Assembly: GCF_006345805.1 (NCBI RefSeq)
Contig: NC_042997.1
Location: 149,544,001 to 149,608,000, forward strand
From: Octopus sinensis
Lineage: Eukaryota
Reading direction: 5' to 3'
DNA: 64,000 nt
Shown here: one piece after another, positions 26,101-40,087 of the stretch
Layout of the letters: each line of letters starts with the position of its first letter
Numbering within the stretch: the first letter of the stretch is position 1
The notes under the pieces: generated by a model
Seen by the model: the letters and a program-made list of their open reading frames with translations, nothing else
Database searches by the model: none
Told to the model about the DNA's origin: nothing
Made by a program: the position numbers and the translations under genes

Positions 26101-26761
26101 CAAGCTGCTGTTTCTATAGCTTGACTAATACAGCAATTTTTACCAAAATACTGCAAAATGTCTGACTCATCTTGCAATACTATGGTGCAGCAAATTATGC
26201 TACAAAAAACCATACATACATAAATGTAAAATTAAAATTAACTGATTACCATCTGTCGGTTAATCACAAGAATACAAAATTAGTTACGTTAACAGCAAAA
26301 TAAAAACGAAAGTATATCATGTATGTTATCAAATATAAAATTTAAGTAAAACGTTATTGCTAATTAACAAAAGAATTCAGATGCAGAGTGTTCAAAAATG
26401 TGAAATCCTGTAGAACAAAATGAAAGATGTTACGTTATGATCACTGGCCAAAGCAGCAAGGACAAACTCACCAGATATCTGTTCTTCAGTATGAAATGAG
26501 AAAAGGAACGATTCAATGATTGTGATAGTAAGGCAATTTGTATACGCAAAACGTGACGCATATATACAGATACACGTGTCAACGAGTGAAAACTCATGCA
26601 TTATCGGAACCATACAAGTAAATACAAATGCTATGTAGAGGAATAATCTTAACTGTGAATTTATAGATTCTTATAGATTGTCCATGTCTGTGTATTAGTT
26701 TGCATGCCTGCAAATAATATATGTCTTCGATGAATAGCAATGACTTCGAGCATCATATCTA

Positions 26762-26839
26762 TGTGTGTATGTATGTATGTATGTATGTATGTATGTATGT
26801 ATGTATGTATGTATGTATGTATGTATGTATGTATGTATG

Positions 26840-26885
<46 letters not shown>

Positions 26886-26886
26886 A

Positions 26887-26920
<34 letters not shown>
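26762..26920. repeat. (ATGT)n/(ATCT)n/(AT)n compound microsatellite
   Basis: Direct reading. Confidence 0.98.
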
Positions 26921-26922
<2 letters not shown>

Positions 26923-27024
26923 TATGAATAAAAGTATTATCCAATTTATTATATTATATACATATATACGTGTTTGTATAATCATACACACACACGTGTA
27001 TATATTATATATATATAATATACA

Positions 27025-27064
<40 letters not shown>

Positions 27065-27075
27065 ATTTATGTATG

Positions 27076-27210
27076 ATGGCCTGCTCGCTTAGCCAGCGGG
27101 GTGGCTCACTTGAAGGCTAAAAGTGACCGATAGAATAAGTCCTGGATCGATTTCCTCGACTAAAGGCGGTGCTCCATCATGGCAACAGTCAATGACTTAA
27201 ACAAATAACA

Positions 27211-27213
<3 letters not shown>
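27076..27213 (+). mobile_element. SINE fragment with family 1 tail
   Basis: GACCGATAGAATAAGTCC...CGACTAAAGGCGGTGCTCCATCATGGC. Confidence 0.75.
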
Positions 27214-27256
<43 letters not shown>

Positions 27257-27257
27257 C

Positions 27258-27328
<71 letters not shown>

Positions 27329-28134
27329 CATAATACACATTACACGCGCACATACATCACACACACATACACACACACATATATGTATATATATACATAC
27401 CCGATTTTGAATATCTATTTTGTACATAATCCATTGTAAAAAATTCGGAAGCATAGGTTATCACTCTAAAAGATGCTAGCCTCACAATTTTGTATCACGA
27501 TTCTACATGATTTACAAAATTACTATTGTAAAGATGGAGATTCTAAAAGTGAAGGTTTCATAAAATTCAAAATACGACAGTAATGCCTTTCAAAATGTTA
27601 AAGGGTAATGCCTTTCCAAATAAGACTGAACGTAGAAAACGTAAGGAAAAACCAAATTTATTAACCTCGCGTTTTGATTTTGATGATAATCGAAGATAAA
27701 AATTAATTCATAAAGCTCTGTAGCTGAATATACATTATCCCTTGCCATATACCTGGTTTAATATATCTTCGATTTAGTGGGCGCGAAACACCAAAATAAG
27801 TAGTTTGTTCTGCGAAAACTATAGTTTTGGGGCCCCCCTCTTTTAGCGCTTTAGAGTTAATTCGTTTCTTCGTCCCCCTCCAAAGCTATTAAATATTTTT
27901 GTGCCTGTCTACAGCAAATATCGTAATAAATAGATGAAAATACAGTGCAGAGTGTTTACTACATCAAACGATGAGATTACAGACGATATAGGAGGACGCT
28001 TCGTTTTGATATCTTCCATATTTGTACCATAAAATATTGCGTAAATTGGGTGCTGACAGTTTTCCAATATATATCTATATCTCTATGTATGTATGTATCT
28101 AGCTATCTCTTTTTATATGTATACACACACACAA

Positions 28135-28165
<31 letters not shown>

Positions 28166-28210
28166 AACACACACACATATACACACGCATATACATATAT
28201 ATATATATAG

Positions 28211-28241
<31 letters not shown>

Positions 28242-28264
28242 TGAATATAGATTATATATATATA

Positions 28265-28300
<36 letters not shown>

Positions 28301-28768
28301 GGTGGATATATATATATATATAATATATACAGATAATACATATAGATATAAATATATATACTTGCATATATATGTCAGCATACATATTGGGGATTGTGTG
28401 TATATGTGTGTGCTTGTGTGTATGACTGTGCTTGTATGTATGTGTGTGTGTAAGTTTCTATGTGCGTGTGTGTGTAAAGAGAGAGATAGAGAGTTAGAAA
28501 GAGCGAATATTCAAACGTTTTGTGTATATGTGTCTGTTTAACCAAATGGAGATAAAACGTTCTATAATAATCATCTACATTCATAGCGTACACTAGTTTG
28601 GTGCCTTGGTGTCCAGGATTCTAATCCTGTTGGGTCTCACATTTGATTTCATCTCTCGTCAATGAACACAACGTGTTAGTCTGTAAACACAAATTATCCT
28701 AATACTAATTGAATTATATAATCTATATGTCTACATATATATCCATACACAAATTTGCTTTCTGCTAG

Positions 28769-28867
28769 ACGTTGATTGCTCTGATAAATATCTCCCTCAT
28801 ATGTGGGAACTTCGATGGCTGTGCTTCTTCAAGAGCAGCATCAAGAGATTCACTGCACGAGCGACTG
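28769..28867 (+). CDS. Candidate coding exon TLIALINISLICGNFDGCASSRAASRDSLHERL
   Basis: Acceptor TTTGCTTTCTGCTAG, donor CTG|GTACGT, 99 nt, open in phase 0, GC above background; completes a hydrophobic N-terminal segment with 17495-17527. Confidence 0.55.
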
Positions 28868-30366
28868 GTACGTACATGAAAATTCCGCACGCAGGCGCTC
28901 ACTCCCACACACATGTACTCGCACAAATTCCCACCTATTTGTCTATATATGTATGTAAGTAGACACTTATGTACGTAATCAGATATGAATGTGTGTATGT
29001 ATGTATATACGTATGTCTGTATGCATATTTACATGAATGAAAAATGTATATTTATATGTATGTATCAATATGGATTCCTGAGTGTTTGGGTTTATTAACA
29101 TATAAAAACATACACATTAGATACAGTAGAAATTGGCCATTTTTCATTTCTTGTATATCATGTTATTTCATTGCTGAGTATTCAAATTATTTAAGTAGGA
29201 AAGGTGCGTGAAAATATATGTAATCTACAATAATACTGAACATTTATTAATTCCGTGTATTATAACCATTTGATTCATGGCCGAACACCTTTTCAAAATC
29301 AACTTACATTCGTCCATTAAAAATAATACGCAGCATCCGTCATATTCATATTTTCATTAGCAAAATATAGTGACATATTTATGCCTTTTCTATTAGATGG
29401 CAAAAACAAATTTAAGCAATCAAGTTACGTTTGTTCTGACTTGTTAAATAACTGAATGTTTATTTTCATTACATAATCAAGTTTCAATCATTGGAGTCGC
29501 CTCAATGTCACTATATATGAAATAACAATTATACATATATACATGAATGCAGCACCCCGTCACACACTCAGACACACACACACACACATAATTGCATACA
29601 AGAAGGTATATATACATATACATATACATACACATATATATAAATATATATATATTGTGTATATATATATATATATATATACATAAATAATATACACATA
29701 CATTACATACATACAGACATACATACATACCATACATACATACATACATACATACATACATACATACAAACATATATATATATATTAATATCAATATATA
29801 TATATATATATATTATAGTATATATATATACGGCAAGTAAGTAAGTGGAGAGGATACAAAAGGACATATATCAGCCGGTAAAATTTCTAGGTATATCTAT
29901 TTATTCCAATGTCTTAGAATATTAGATGAATACATACACATTATTAGTAGTGCAGCATATCAAATATAAATAGTGGGTAATTGCAAGAACAAGGATGTGG
30001 AAGCATATAATCATATAATAATCATATAGGAACAGATGGGTACATTACCAGCATTATATTGATTTGGTGCTATCCCTTAGATGGTTTCTCAAACTCTAAC
30101 TCACACAGAAATATTTACATACACAGGACAACATACACAGCCCCCCCCCACATATGTATGTATGTATGTATATATATTTATAAATATACACATACTCATA
30201 TATAATTAAAATATTGAGGGTAGAAATTGATATCAATCAATTGACATCAAGTTAAACCAGAGGTCTAACATATTCAAAAAAACATCCGAAGATTTAAAAA
30301 TTATACTACAATTAATAAGAGGAATGACCACTAAAGTGGATTTCACATATTCATATATATATATAT

Positions 30367-30418
<52 letters not shown>

Positions 30419-30419
30419 C

Positions 30420-30624
30420 AGTTGTATACTGTCAACTTAATGTTGACTCAGAAACATGTCTCTGAGTGCAAGCCTAGCGGTTGGGGGTGCTTGTCTCCCT
30501 TTGTAAACATAAGGACACAGGAAATGTTTCAAGGCCGACAGGAAGCGTTGATGCTTCCAAGGGCTAAATAGCAATGTGTGATTCCCTTTTTGAGACTGTC
30601 ACGTTAAGTGGACAGTATACAACT
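30420..30624. mobile_element. ~205 bp MITE-like element
   Basis: Terminal inverted repeats AGTTGTATACTGTCAACTTAATGT / ACGTTAAGTGGACAGTATACAACT. Confidence 0.7.
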
Positions 30625-31647
30625 AGACTATCGTTCCACCACCGCTTATATATCTCTGATATATTTAGATATTGAATATTTCTAATATATATTATATATA
30701 TATATATATAAATATATATATATATTAAATACATAATTATCTCTATAAAATTGTGTGTGCGTATGCATAGACGTATGTATACATATATGTATACATATAT
30801 ATTAGACAAATACATATATAATACATATATTCATACATACATGCATAGGTACATACACAATAGGAAGGGTTATGCTTTTAGAATTTAACGGTCTGATGAT
30901 TTTGAAGTATATAAGCCTTCTTATATACATATTATATTAATATTCACAATCACATTCACACACATACATTCATATATGAATGGCAGCAAGTACATTCATA
31001 TACATTCATATACAAATACGTATTCTCGCCGCGCGAACATCTACACCTACTCGCACACAGATACAAGTCTGTTCTAGCGCAAAGTATTAATTTAAAATAG
31101 AAGATCAATAATTAGCTTAATTGCTCAAAAGAATTTGTATTATTATGTTGTAAGTGTATCGATGTATAGAAGATATTTGTACACATATATATATATAGAC
31201 GATCGTCACGCAAATACTTTCTTACGATATATCAAAACGTATCAAGCTATTGCGCTCACAGTTATAAGAGATATGGCATGTTTACTATACTTAGGATTAC
31301 GTAAAATGGATTTGGAACCAATAAACTAAAAGTAAGGGAAGATATCAAATAAAAATAATTAATAATATAAGAAAAAAGGAAAACAAAAATACGGCAACGT
31401 ATCGTACGGGTATCTTAGATCAAAAAGCAATCTCATTTATCTATATTTTAGAGGTAAGTAGTTATATTAATATAGCTTTAGATTACGGACTATTTGATTC
31501 ATTAGCACTATAGATATAATGAGTATTAATGGAACATATATTGACATCGTGCAACTGATTTATACGAAATATTTATAGATAATTAATTATATATTATAAC
31601 GATATTCACCAATTAAAATTTATATTTATGTCTGTCTGTCTATCTTT

Positions 31648-31682
<35 letters not shown>

Positions 31683-31770
31683 AGTATCTATCTATCTATC
31701 TATCTATATAATCTATCTATCTACTATCTATCTATCTATCTATCTATCTATCTCTACTACTATCTATCTA

Positions 31771-31816
<46 letters not shown>

Positions 31817-32025
31817 ATATATATATTATAAAACGCATTTTTCGAAATCAGGATCACTAATAACAAAAAAATTCGAGACGCTAATATCTAAGTAATCAGA
31901 TATAACTTGTAGGAAGAAAAAGACTAGAATAGAACATTTGACAGTCTGCGTATAAGGGGCGAATGCATGAACGTTTCAGACATAAAAAAATGTTCACTGT
32001 TCAACATATTTCTTCATTAAATTAT

Positions 32026-32069
<44 letters not shown>

Positions 32070-33482
32070 ATACGTGTGTGATATGTATATAAGTATATAT
32101 TTTGAGCATAAATCACAATGGGGATAATTTTGGCTATATGATTAGAGCTTATCCCTATGGTCAAAAAGAGACGGGTTAAATATTCTGAGAGAATTGTAAT
32201 CAAAGCAAAATGTCAAAAACTCAAGAAACATTTATCAATTAAAAGGTCGCAAGAGCAAATAAAATAGGAAGAAAATATTTCTGGGAAGTTCATCTATCAT
32301 ATATAATTTGATATTGTATTGGTAAGATAAATTATTCGTTTATGATTTTCTTCATTCATTTCGTTGTTAACGAAGTTGTTTTTGCAGATATGAGACAAAT
32401 AACGACGTTGTTTTTGATGTTATCTTTACCATTCCGTTTGTTTTATTCATTTGTAATTAAATATCGAATATCGGTCCCATATGAATAGGAAAAGATATTT
32501 AATCATAACAAAACAAAAACGTTTGAAGCAGTGTTTAGAAACACGCAAATAGAATTTCGACAAACGCACATACAAATACAAATACACACTAGCATGCCCA
32601 TAAACAATAGTAGATGCAACCACGACTATTTCTTTCACCTCTCTCTCTTTCTCTCTCTCCTCACCCATACACACACTTATTTTATGTGTGTATAAGCATG
32701 TGCATATATTCAAATATATATATATATATTATATTCTTATAAATGTACGTGACTACACATTTGTAATTTTTTTTTTGTTTCTGAACAAACTGTTGTGTGC
32801 ACGGTGCGTGTATGTATATGCGTTGTTATATGAATTTGTGTGAGTGAGTGTGTGTCTGCATAAGCATGCATATATTTGTTATGTAACTAGCCTTCTACTG
32901 TAGAAAATAATAATGATACATAGAAAAAATCTATAAACAACATATGTTGTATCTTAAGTTAATCTTTAGCTGCGTCGTGTTCAGTCATAAAAGTGGGTAA
33001 AATGGAGCATAATGTACGTATTCTGTTTCAGAGTTTCTAATATTTTAGTGTGTTGAATAAGAATAATTTAGACGTGTGAGTAAAAAAGGGTATTTTACTT
33101 GTTGATATATTTTTATTTCTGTCACTTTTCTTGTAGAATTCATACCTTTTCTATTTTTTACTGTTAGATCAGCGGTCTCTAGTTTCTAGAATATATTTCG
33201 TTTAATATCACATCCACTTAATATCAATGTTTTCCCTTATCTGGATCTGAACTATTTATTCTAATTCATACAAGTACTTTGGTTTTAACTCTTAGATGTT
33301 GCGCCTAAGCCTTAACGCATAAAGATTCTATGAACTCTACATTTCTTTACCAAAATATACCGATTCAAATAGAACACCATACACCCTAACTTAATATACT
33401 TATAATGATAATTTCTTATAGAGACCTTAAAAATTACAAGGAAGTCCTCTTAACACACACAAATAGAAATACCTCCTATTAG

Positions 33483-33544
33483 AAGAGTAGTTCACTGCTT
33501 TTGTTGATGCATCCTGATTCTCAAATGTCTCTAAATAAATTCAG
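33483..33544 (+). CDS. Weak candidate exon KSSSLLLLMHPDSQMSLNKF(R)
   Basis: Acceptor TACCTCCTATTAG, donor CAG|GTAATG; phase 0 to 2 bridges 28867 and 39096. Confidence 0.15.
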
Positions 33545-33777
33545 GTAATGAATTTTCTCATTAACTTCAGGGTTAATGCTGAAATTTCTCTCTTATGAGA
33601 GGTTTTTCTTCAGAGTTTCGGAATGGTTGAACTCGGGAGAAAGATTATTGAGAGATTAAACTACCGTTTGTCTGGGTATAAATTTAATTGTAATATATTG
33701 GATTTTAATAAAATAAATACTATTTGATGTGCGGTTGAAGTGGGGAGCCAGCAGAATTGCTGGATCTTTGCAAAATT

Positions 33778-34443
33778 ACTTTGTGACTCAAAGCACTGGT
33801 GCGGATCTTCCGTATATATAACCCTCTAAATTCTCATCTCAGTGAATATATCTCCTTTCAAATTGTTTATATGTTCGATGAAAAATGGAACGTATTTTAA
33901 TATAATTTTTTTTTTAAATATCCCTTTTGCAGTGTTATTAAAATCAATCATGTCAAACTTCAGGAAAGACGTACTTAACGCCAGTACTATGAACTTTGCC
34001 TTTCATCCCTTTGGGACCAATGCAGTTAAGTGTGAGTAAGGCATTGTGGCCGATGATATGGACTAACGCTCAAACCCTAAAAATTCCTAGAAATATTGTT
34101 ATAGAATTTCTCAAATATACTACCTCCTGTAACTATATGTGACCTATATAGCATGCAGGAATTGATGCAGCTGGTATATTCGATAGTAATATATTCTATA
34201 TTTGATACTCTTAGCGATTTATAACTTTCATCTTCAGAATCTTTAATTATCATACTTTTGTGACTCGAAGAATTGGTGCGGATGTACCGTATATAGAGCC
34301 CTCTAAATTCTTATCCCATTGAATATATCTATCTCCTTTCAAAATCTCCCTTTATATGTTCGACGTATTGTAATATAGTTTTTTTTTTTAATATCCCTTC
34401 TGCAGTGTTATTAAAATCAATCATATCAAACTTCAGAAAAAGA
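33778..34443. repeat. Local diverged duplication of ~190 bp (33778-33968 and 34254-34443)
   Basis: Shared TGTGACTC.AAG.A.TGGTGCGGAT...CCCTCTAAATTCT...GCAGTGTTATTAAAATCAATCAT.TCAAACTTCAG. Confidence 0.9.
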
Positions 34444-35137
34444 TGTAATGTGAATATTTCAATTATATAATTATTTTCAGATTATTGAACTTTTAGACGG
34501 AAATTAGGTGTATAAATTATGGGTGACAGTGAATAGAATAAGGAGTACATGTTACAGGAAGTATTTTATAATTCAAGACTACAAGTTATTATATGTGGAG
34601 TAAAAGCAATCGATTCAGAAATTAAATTATTCAGTTAGCTCGATATTTTTTATTGTGAGGACATGAACTTCTTTCAAATCTTTATCATAACTATAAACAA
34701 GCGTTTTGGAATTCATTCTGCAGTTTATTAAACATTGCTCAGCTAAAATTACATTAAATACCAGCCAATTTGAAATTTCAGGATAAAAGCAGATAGGGAA
34801 CACATTCCAACACTAAAACTGCAACTCGCGAAATTCCCAATTTTCATTTTATTTACGCATTCCCTTTTATATAACCTCTCCATACATTAAGTCTTTTACA
34901 TTTTTTTAGCTAATGTTACCTTAAGGAATAGGCTTTGATTATTTATAATAACGGTCCCTAATGCAAGCACTCCCAATATATGACTATATACTCCCTCCAC
35001 AGACATAAACCACGCAATGCATGCAAAAATGTGTGTGTGTGTGTGTAAATGCATACGTTTTGTTTACCTTGTTGATTGAAGTGGGTTCGGTCTCAATAAG
35101 TAATTTTGATAGTAATATAATATTAAGTATATATACA

Positions 35138-35201
<64 letters not shown>

Positions 35202-35218
35202 ATATATTGATATATATA

Positions 35219-35256
<38 letters not shown>

Positions 35257-35527
35257 TATAATATATATATATATAATATATATATAATAAAATAGGTCTC
35301 AAGAAAAAGACTCACGTGGGTATAAATAGGGGAAAAGTAAAACTAAAACAAGAATGCACATTAGATATACAGGTTCTTTTCAAGAAAATCAAAGATATAT
35401 ACATACAATTAGATTATCTGAGGTGGAATATGAAGTATAAAAATGATTATTATGCATCATTATAGAGATTCAAAGTCATACCGGTTCCATCAGAGCTGAT
35501 CACTAACTTTATATATATAAGAGTATT

Positions 35528-35579
<52 letters not shown>

Positions 35580-37589
35580 TATATATATACAATATATAAG
35601 AGTATTTATATATATATGTATACTCTTAGTTATTCCTTAATAATTTACATGAGACATGAAATGACGAATTATATATACACACGTACACAGCACCCATCAC
35701 ATATCTCTCTCTCTCTCACACACATGATGCGTTTTTATATGGATGCGGTACTATTTTGAATAAATGTAAGATTGCTTTTCAAGAATTCCTGTTATCTCAC
35801 TGTCACTCTGACCCTTTTGTTTTCATCTAGAGAAAAAATTTTGCATATTACAGAAACAATGAGAAAATTTTTCTAAACTGAAACATACAAATAATTGGCT
35901 CAGTACATGAATGATAGAACGATAAAACATGATATAATTCTATAAATATGACAACAAAATTTTTGTTTCAGAAAAATATTAAAAATCGATTAATGATAAT
36001 GATGTAAGTAATTCAGACTAAAGGAAAGAATTATTCAGATTAATAGATTTAAAATTATACACAATATCAAGTTTGGCATATTTCCTGTAGTAGTTATCCA
36101 ATAAACAGAAATATAACAATAAGTTTTGTAATCTATTAAATAAAATACGATATGACTAGTAGACAAATGCAAATCATAACAAATATTATAAACAAAGATA
36201 GCAACAAAAAATTATAATAGTGATCAGAGAATTCAAATATGCGTGATAAACAAAGAAAAAAAATCAATAGGAATTTCTGAAGAACGTGGGTAAAGATATA
36301 GAATTTATCTTTCTTTCATATTGGCAACATTTGTTTTGCAAAGAAGCAACTAGTATGTTCCCCAATACTCGATAACGTCAAAACGCATTAATACATTTAG
36401 GAAGATATGAATTATTTCACCGTTTTTGTTTTCTAACACCGTGCCAATTATGGAATATTTCGCCAAACTTTCAATCATTATCATTCCGTGAATTTATAAT
36501 AATGTTAGGTTTTTTTCAAGCAATACGCACAATTGATGCATCAACATTTTAAACTTGAAAAGATGTCACAAAGAAAAAGTTAGCGAATAATAAAAAGGGG
36601 AAAACAAAATCCGAATATTGGATATATGTTAGTTAAAACGAATATGTTGAAAGTTTTAACCAGCTTAAACGCACATTTGTTCAGCTGTTTCAATATTTCT
36701 TACGCAATACTAAATATCAAACAGAGTTAAAATTTATATGTTTGGTTTTTTTACTTATACAGGTCGTAGGAATAATATTAGAAATAATCTGTTGAAATAT
36801 GATTTACAAGAACACGAAAGCTCTTAGCGAAGAAAAAATGAATAAAGTAAACGAAGAGAAAATAGAATATATGTGTATGTAAGCGTTTGTGTATTTGTGC
36901 ATATAAGTCTATATGCATGAACAAAGACCAAAGAAATGCTTATTAGTATAACTCTTTAGGTGTTAGTGTGTTTAATAATTATAGAGATGATAAACCTTTT
37001 ACTAACAACGACAGCGAAGTGAATGTTTATAATGATAACTCAATGATAATGATGGTGATCACTTTTATAGTAGCAAGTGTAATAATAACTAATAGTATTT
37101 TTGATTTATTTTTCGATTTGCTTTAGATATTATTTTCCTTTTGTTGGTTTGTTAGGACAAAATACAGAGACTTGAAATCTAAAGGAATTTCTAACTGTAA
37201 TTCTATCAAACTGCATTGATAAGGTAAGTGGGAGATACAATTTGTAGAGCTCTGAAGTTGAAAGAATGTCGTAAAATTATAGTGGTGGGAAACTGAAGAT
37301 ATGGAGAAAGCAGCTAACGAATCAATGCCATGACAAAAAGATCAAAGACCTCATGCCAACAGATATAATGAGATAAATTTATATCTTCTGAACCTGAGTT
37401 GTAAAAAGACAATATCAATAATAGAAGGGATAATAGTGAAACACGAAATAAAGCGAGTGAGATAGAAAGAGAGAGAGAGAGAGAGAGAGGGGGAGAGAAG
37501 GAAAAATAGAGAGGCAAACAATGTAGAATCGAACAGAAAAAGCTGTACCTATAAGATAATGAAAAGCCTCAATTCTTCTGCAGTTTTGT

Positions 37590-38500
37590 TGCTACACTAA
37601 ATATTCGACCATAGCGATATTTCCATCTGTATATCTGTCGTTCTTATACTCACAATCACTTAAGTTACTCAATTTAAAGGTCCATTCAATGCGATTCTGA
37701 CAACCTTGCGACTCTCTGTTGAGCGACCTTTATTACTCTCGCATATACGTTGTGGTTTTTTAACACTACATTGATAAGAGTATTTATGTCCAAACAAACC
37801 CGCATTCATTCCTTTACAATGCTGTACGTTCGTTAGACATCATACTTAGCTCTATCTCGTTATATATATATATATATATATATCAGCATCACGAATGACT
37901 CCGGTGATTTGGTACGATCGTTTCGTACTACATCATTTCATTAAATGTTGTAAGTATTACAACAGTTTTAAAATGCTTAGCACTCATCAGCCAATTATAG
38001 AGGTTTTCCATTAATACAAAAATCTTCATATCAAGTGGCAACATTATAGAGAAGGTAGATACGTAGACGAAGATGTGGATTTAAATTTTAAGAACATTTG
38101 AGGTAGTGGAGCCCATCAACTGACTGACTAACATTCAGTTGTTCCAGACTGCTGTAAGGTTCTGAGAATGAAGAACAAATGAGAGGAGACAATAAAGATT
38201 TTCTAATTATAGAAATGGAGTAAAGGGGATGTCATAGCTCCATATAAGGAATTTATGTGGAAGGCAGCATTGTCACAACTAAATGCCAATTACTACCTTT
38301 TGAGGAACAGATTCGGCGTTAGGAGAAATAGGTCAGAGTCAATTGGTCACAATAACATTCACAGATAATGCATAGACCTCACAAAACCTATGCATATCAT
38401 CACAACAGTTGGTCAATAAGTTCCAAGTACTCTGACACGTTAGAATAAAGGAAAAAATATAAATCCAAAATTTATTCAAATTTGGAGAAAGAGACTATCA
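37590..38500. mobile_element. Highly decayed LINE (RTE-like) fragments
   Basis: EEQ.G.RRNRS-like segment near 38300; remainder only weakly recognisable. Confidence 0.3.
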
Positions 38501-38821
38501 TTTATTGTGAGTAGGCATAGTACTTATTAGCTGGGGGGGGGGGGCTTATTAATCAAGTGAACATATTAGGGTTCAAAATATATACTAAAATCAAAGAAGA
38601 AAGATATTCATAGGCTTAGTGGAAGGCGATATTTCATAATATGAAGAGAGGTAATTTAGAAGAGTAAATTATTCAGATTTCATGGATAGTGTGTTGATAT
38701 TAATGAATTCGAATATAGGATCTATTGGAAATAAAATTTACTACCTGCGGATAAAAGTTAATTAGTTGGGTAAAAATATCTTAGATTAATTATATATTAA
38801 GAAATGGAAGTGAGATAATCA

Positions 38822-38870
<49 letters not shown>

Positions 38871-39095
38871 ATATACATTATATCCTATATCATATGAGGC
38901 GTTTAGTAACAGATAGTCGTAAGCGCCAAAACTGAAGACCGAGAAAATCGCAGTCAAAGTTTCGCGACTATCAGAATGCAAGATCTTGACGAGCAAGGAA
39001 GATATAAAGCTGGATTTGATATTAAAAATCACCGTGAAAGCCTATGATTACGCCTATGTTAAATTATTTATGCATGCGTATTTCTCACTTTGTAG

Positions 39096-39199
39096 AATAT
39101 ACTGTTCCCACGAAACGGTGTATCACATTGCATATTTTAGTTATAAGGCCCAGAAAAACACAGAGACTAGCCAAATATATTGTGTTTTAATATACCAAG
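39096..39199 (+). CDS. Candidate exon IYCSHETVYHIAYFSYKAQKNTETSQIYCVLIYQ(G)
   Basis: Acceptor TTTCTCACTTTGTAG, consensus donor CAAG|GTAAGT; only the phase 2 to 1 frame is open. Confidence 0.25.
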
Positions 39200-39571
39200 G
39201 TAAGTATCCTAAAGAGTTATGTAAGATGGTAAATTATACAGTATATATCACATTTAAACAAAGGTATTTTTATTCTGATGTTTAATCTTATATCTCATTT
39301 TCTGTATTTGAAGTATACTTCGTTTTACATGATTAATATGTATACACTAATTCATATTTATAATGCATAATTTATACATTTTAATTCTTAATATTACAAA
39401 CTATAATTTTTATTCTTAATTTTTAATTTTTAATATTTGTTTTGTAATTTTTGATCTTTAATGCTTAATTGTATTGTTTATTTTTAAAGGGATGTAAAAT
39501 TAGATTTACAATATTTCGAAATAAATAAAACCTGAAGAAATCTGACGGTTGCATATATGTATTTACATATG

Positions 39572-39643
<72 letters not shown>

Positions 39644-39973
39644 ATACACATACTATGGATATGCAGTCGTGTATGTGTGTATATATTGTAATCTTCCAAT
39701 ACTGAAACACGTGTAGTTCCCTCATATCTATAAATGTAAGTATTAACTAAAGTATGATAAAATTAATGAAGTACATATGTACTTCAGCTGGAAATATTGG
39801 CTATATCCCTTAAGTATTATTTTGTGATGTGCAAACTGAAACTATGTGTCTACTGTAAGATACACTCGTTATGTAATTTTCGTATTATCTGAAATAGAAT
39901 ACCCGCATATCGATTAATCCCCCAAAATCGAATATTTATATATACATATATGCATATGTATATATATATATGC

Positions 39974-40028
<55 letters not shown>

Positions 40029-40087
40029 CGTGTATATATATATATGTATATATATACCTATATATATAAATGTATATATCCATATGT

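Noticed and set aside
28769-28867. Calling the gene a nicotinic or chemotactile receptor
   Set aside because: No Y..RP, Cys-loop or TM exons found in the window; octopus chemotactile receptors are, as I recall, reported to be intronless in the coding region
39096-39199. FGF assignment for the 104-nt exon (RIYC...YHI...YCVL spacing)
   Set aside because: FGF 104-nt exons are phase 1 to 0 and cover a later strand; that frame has a stop here, and the core G-x-V-x-G motif is absent
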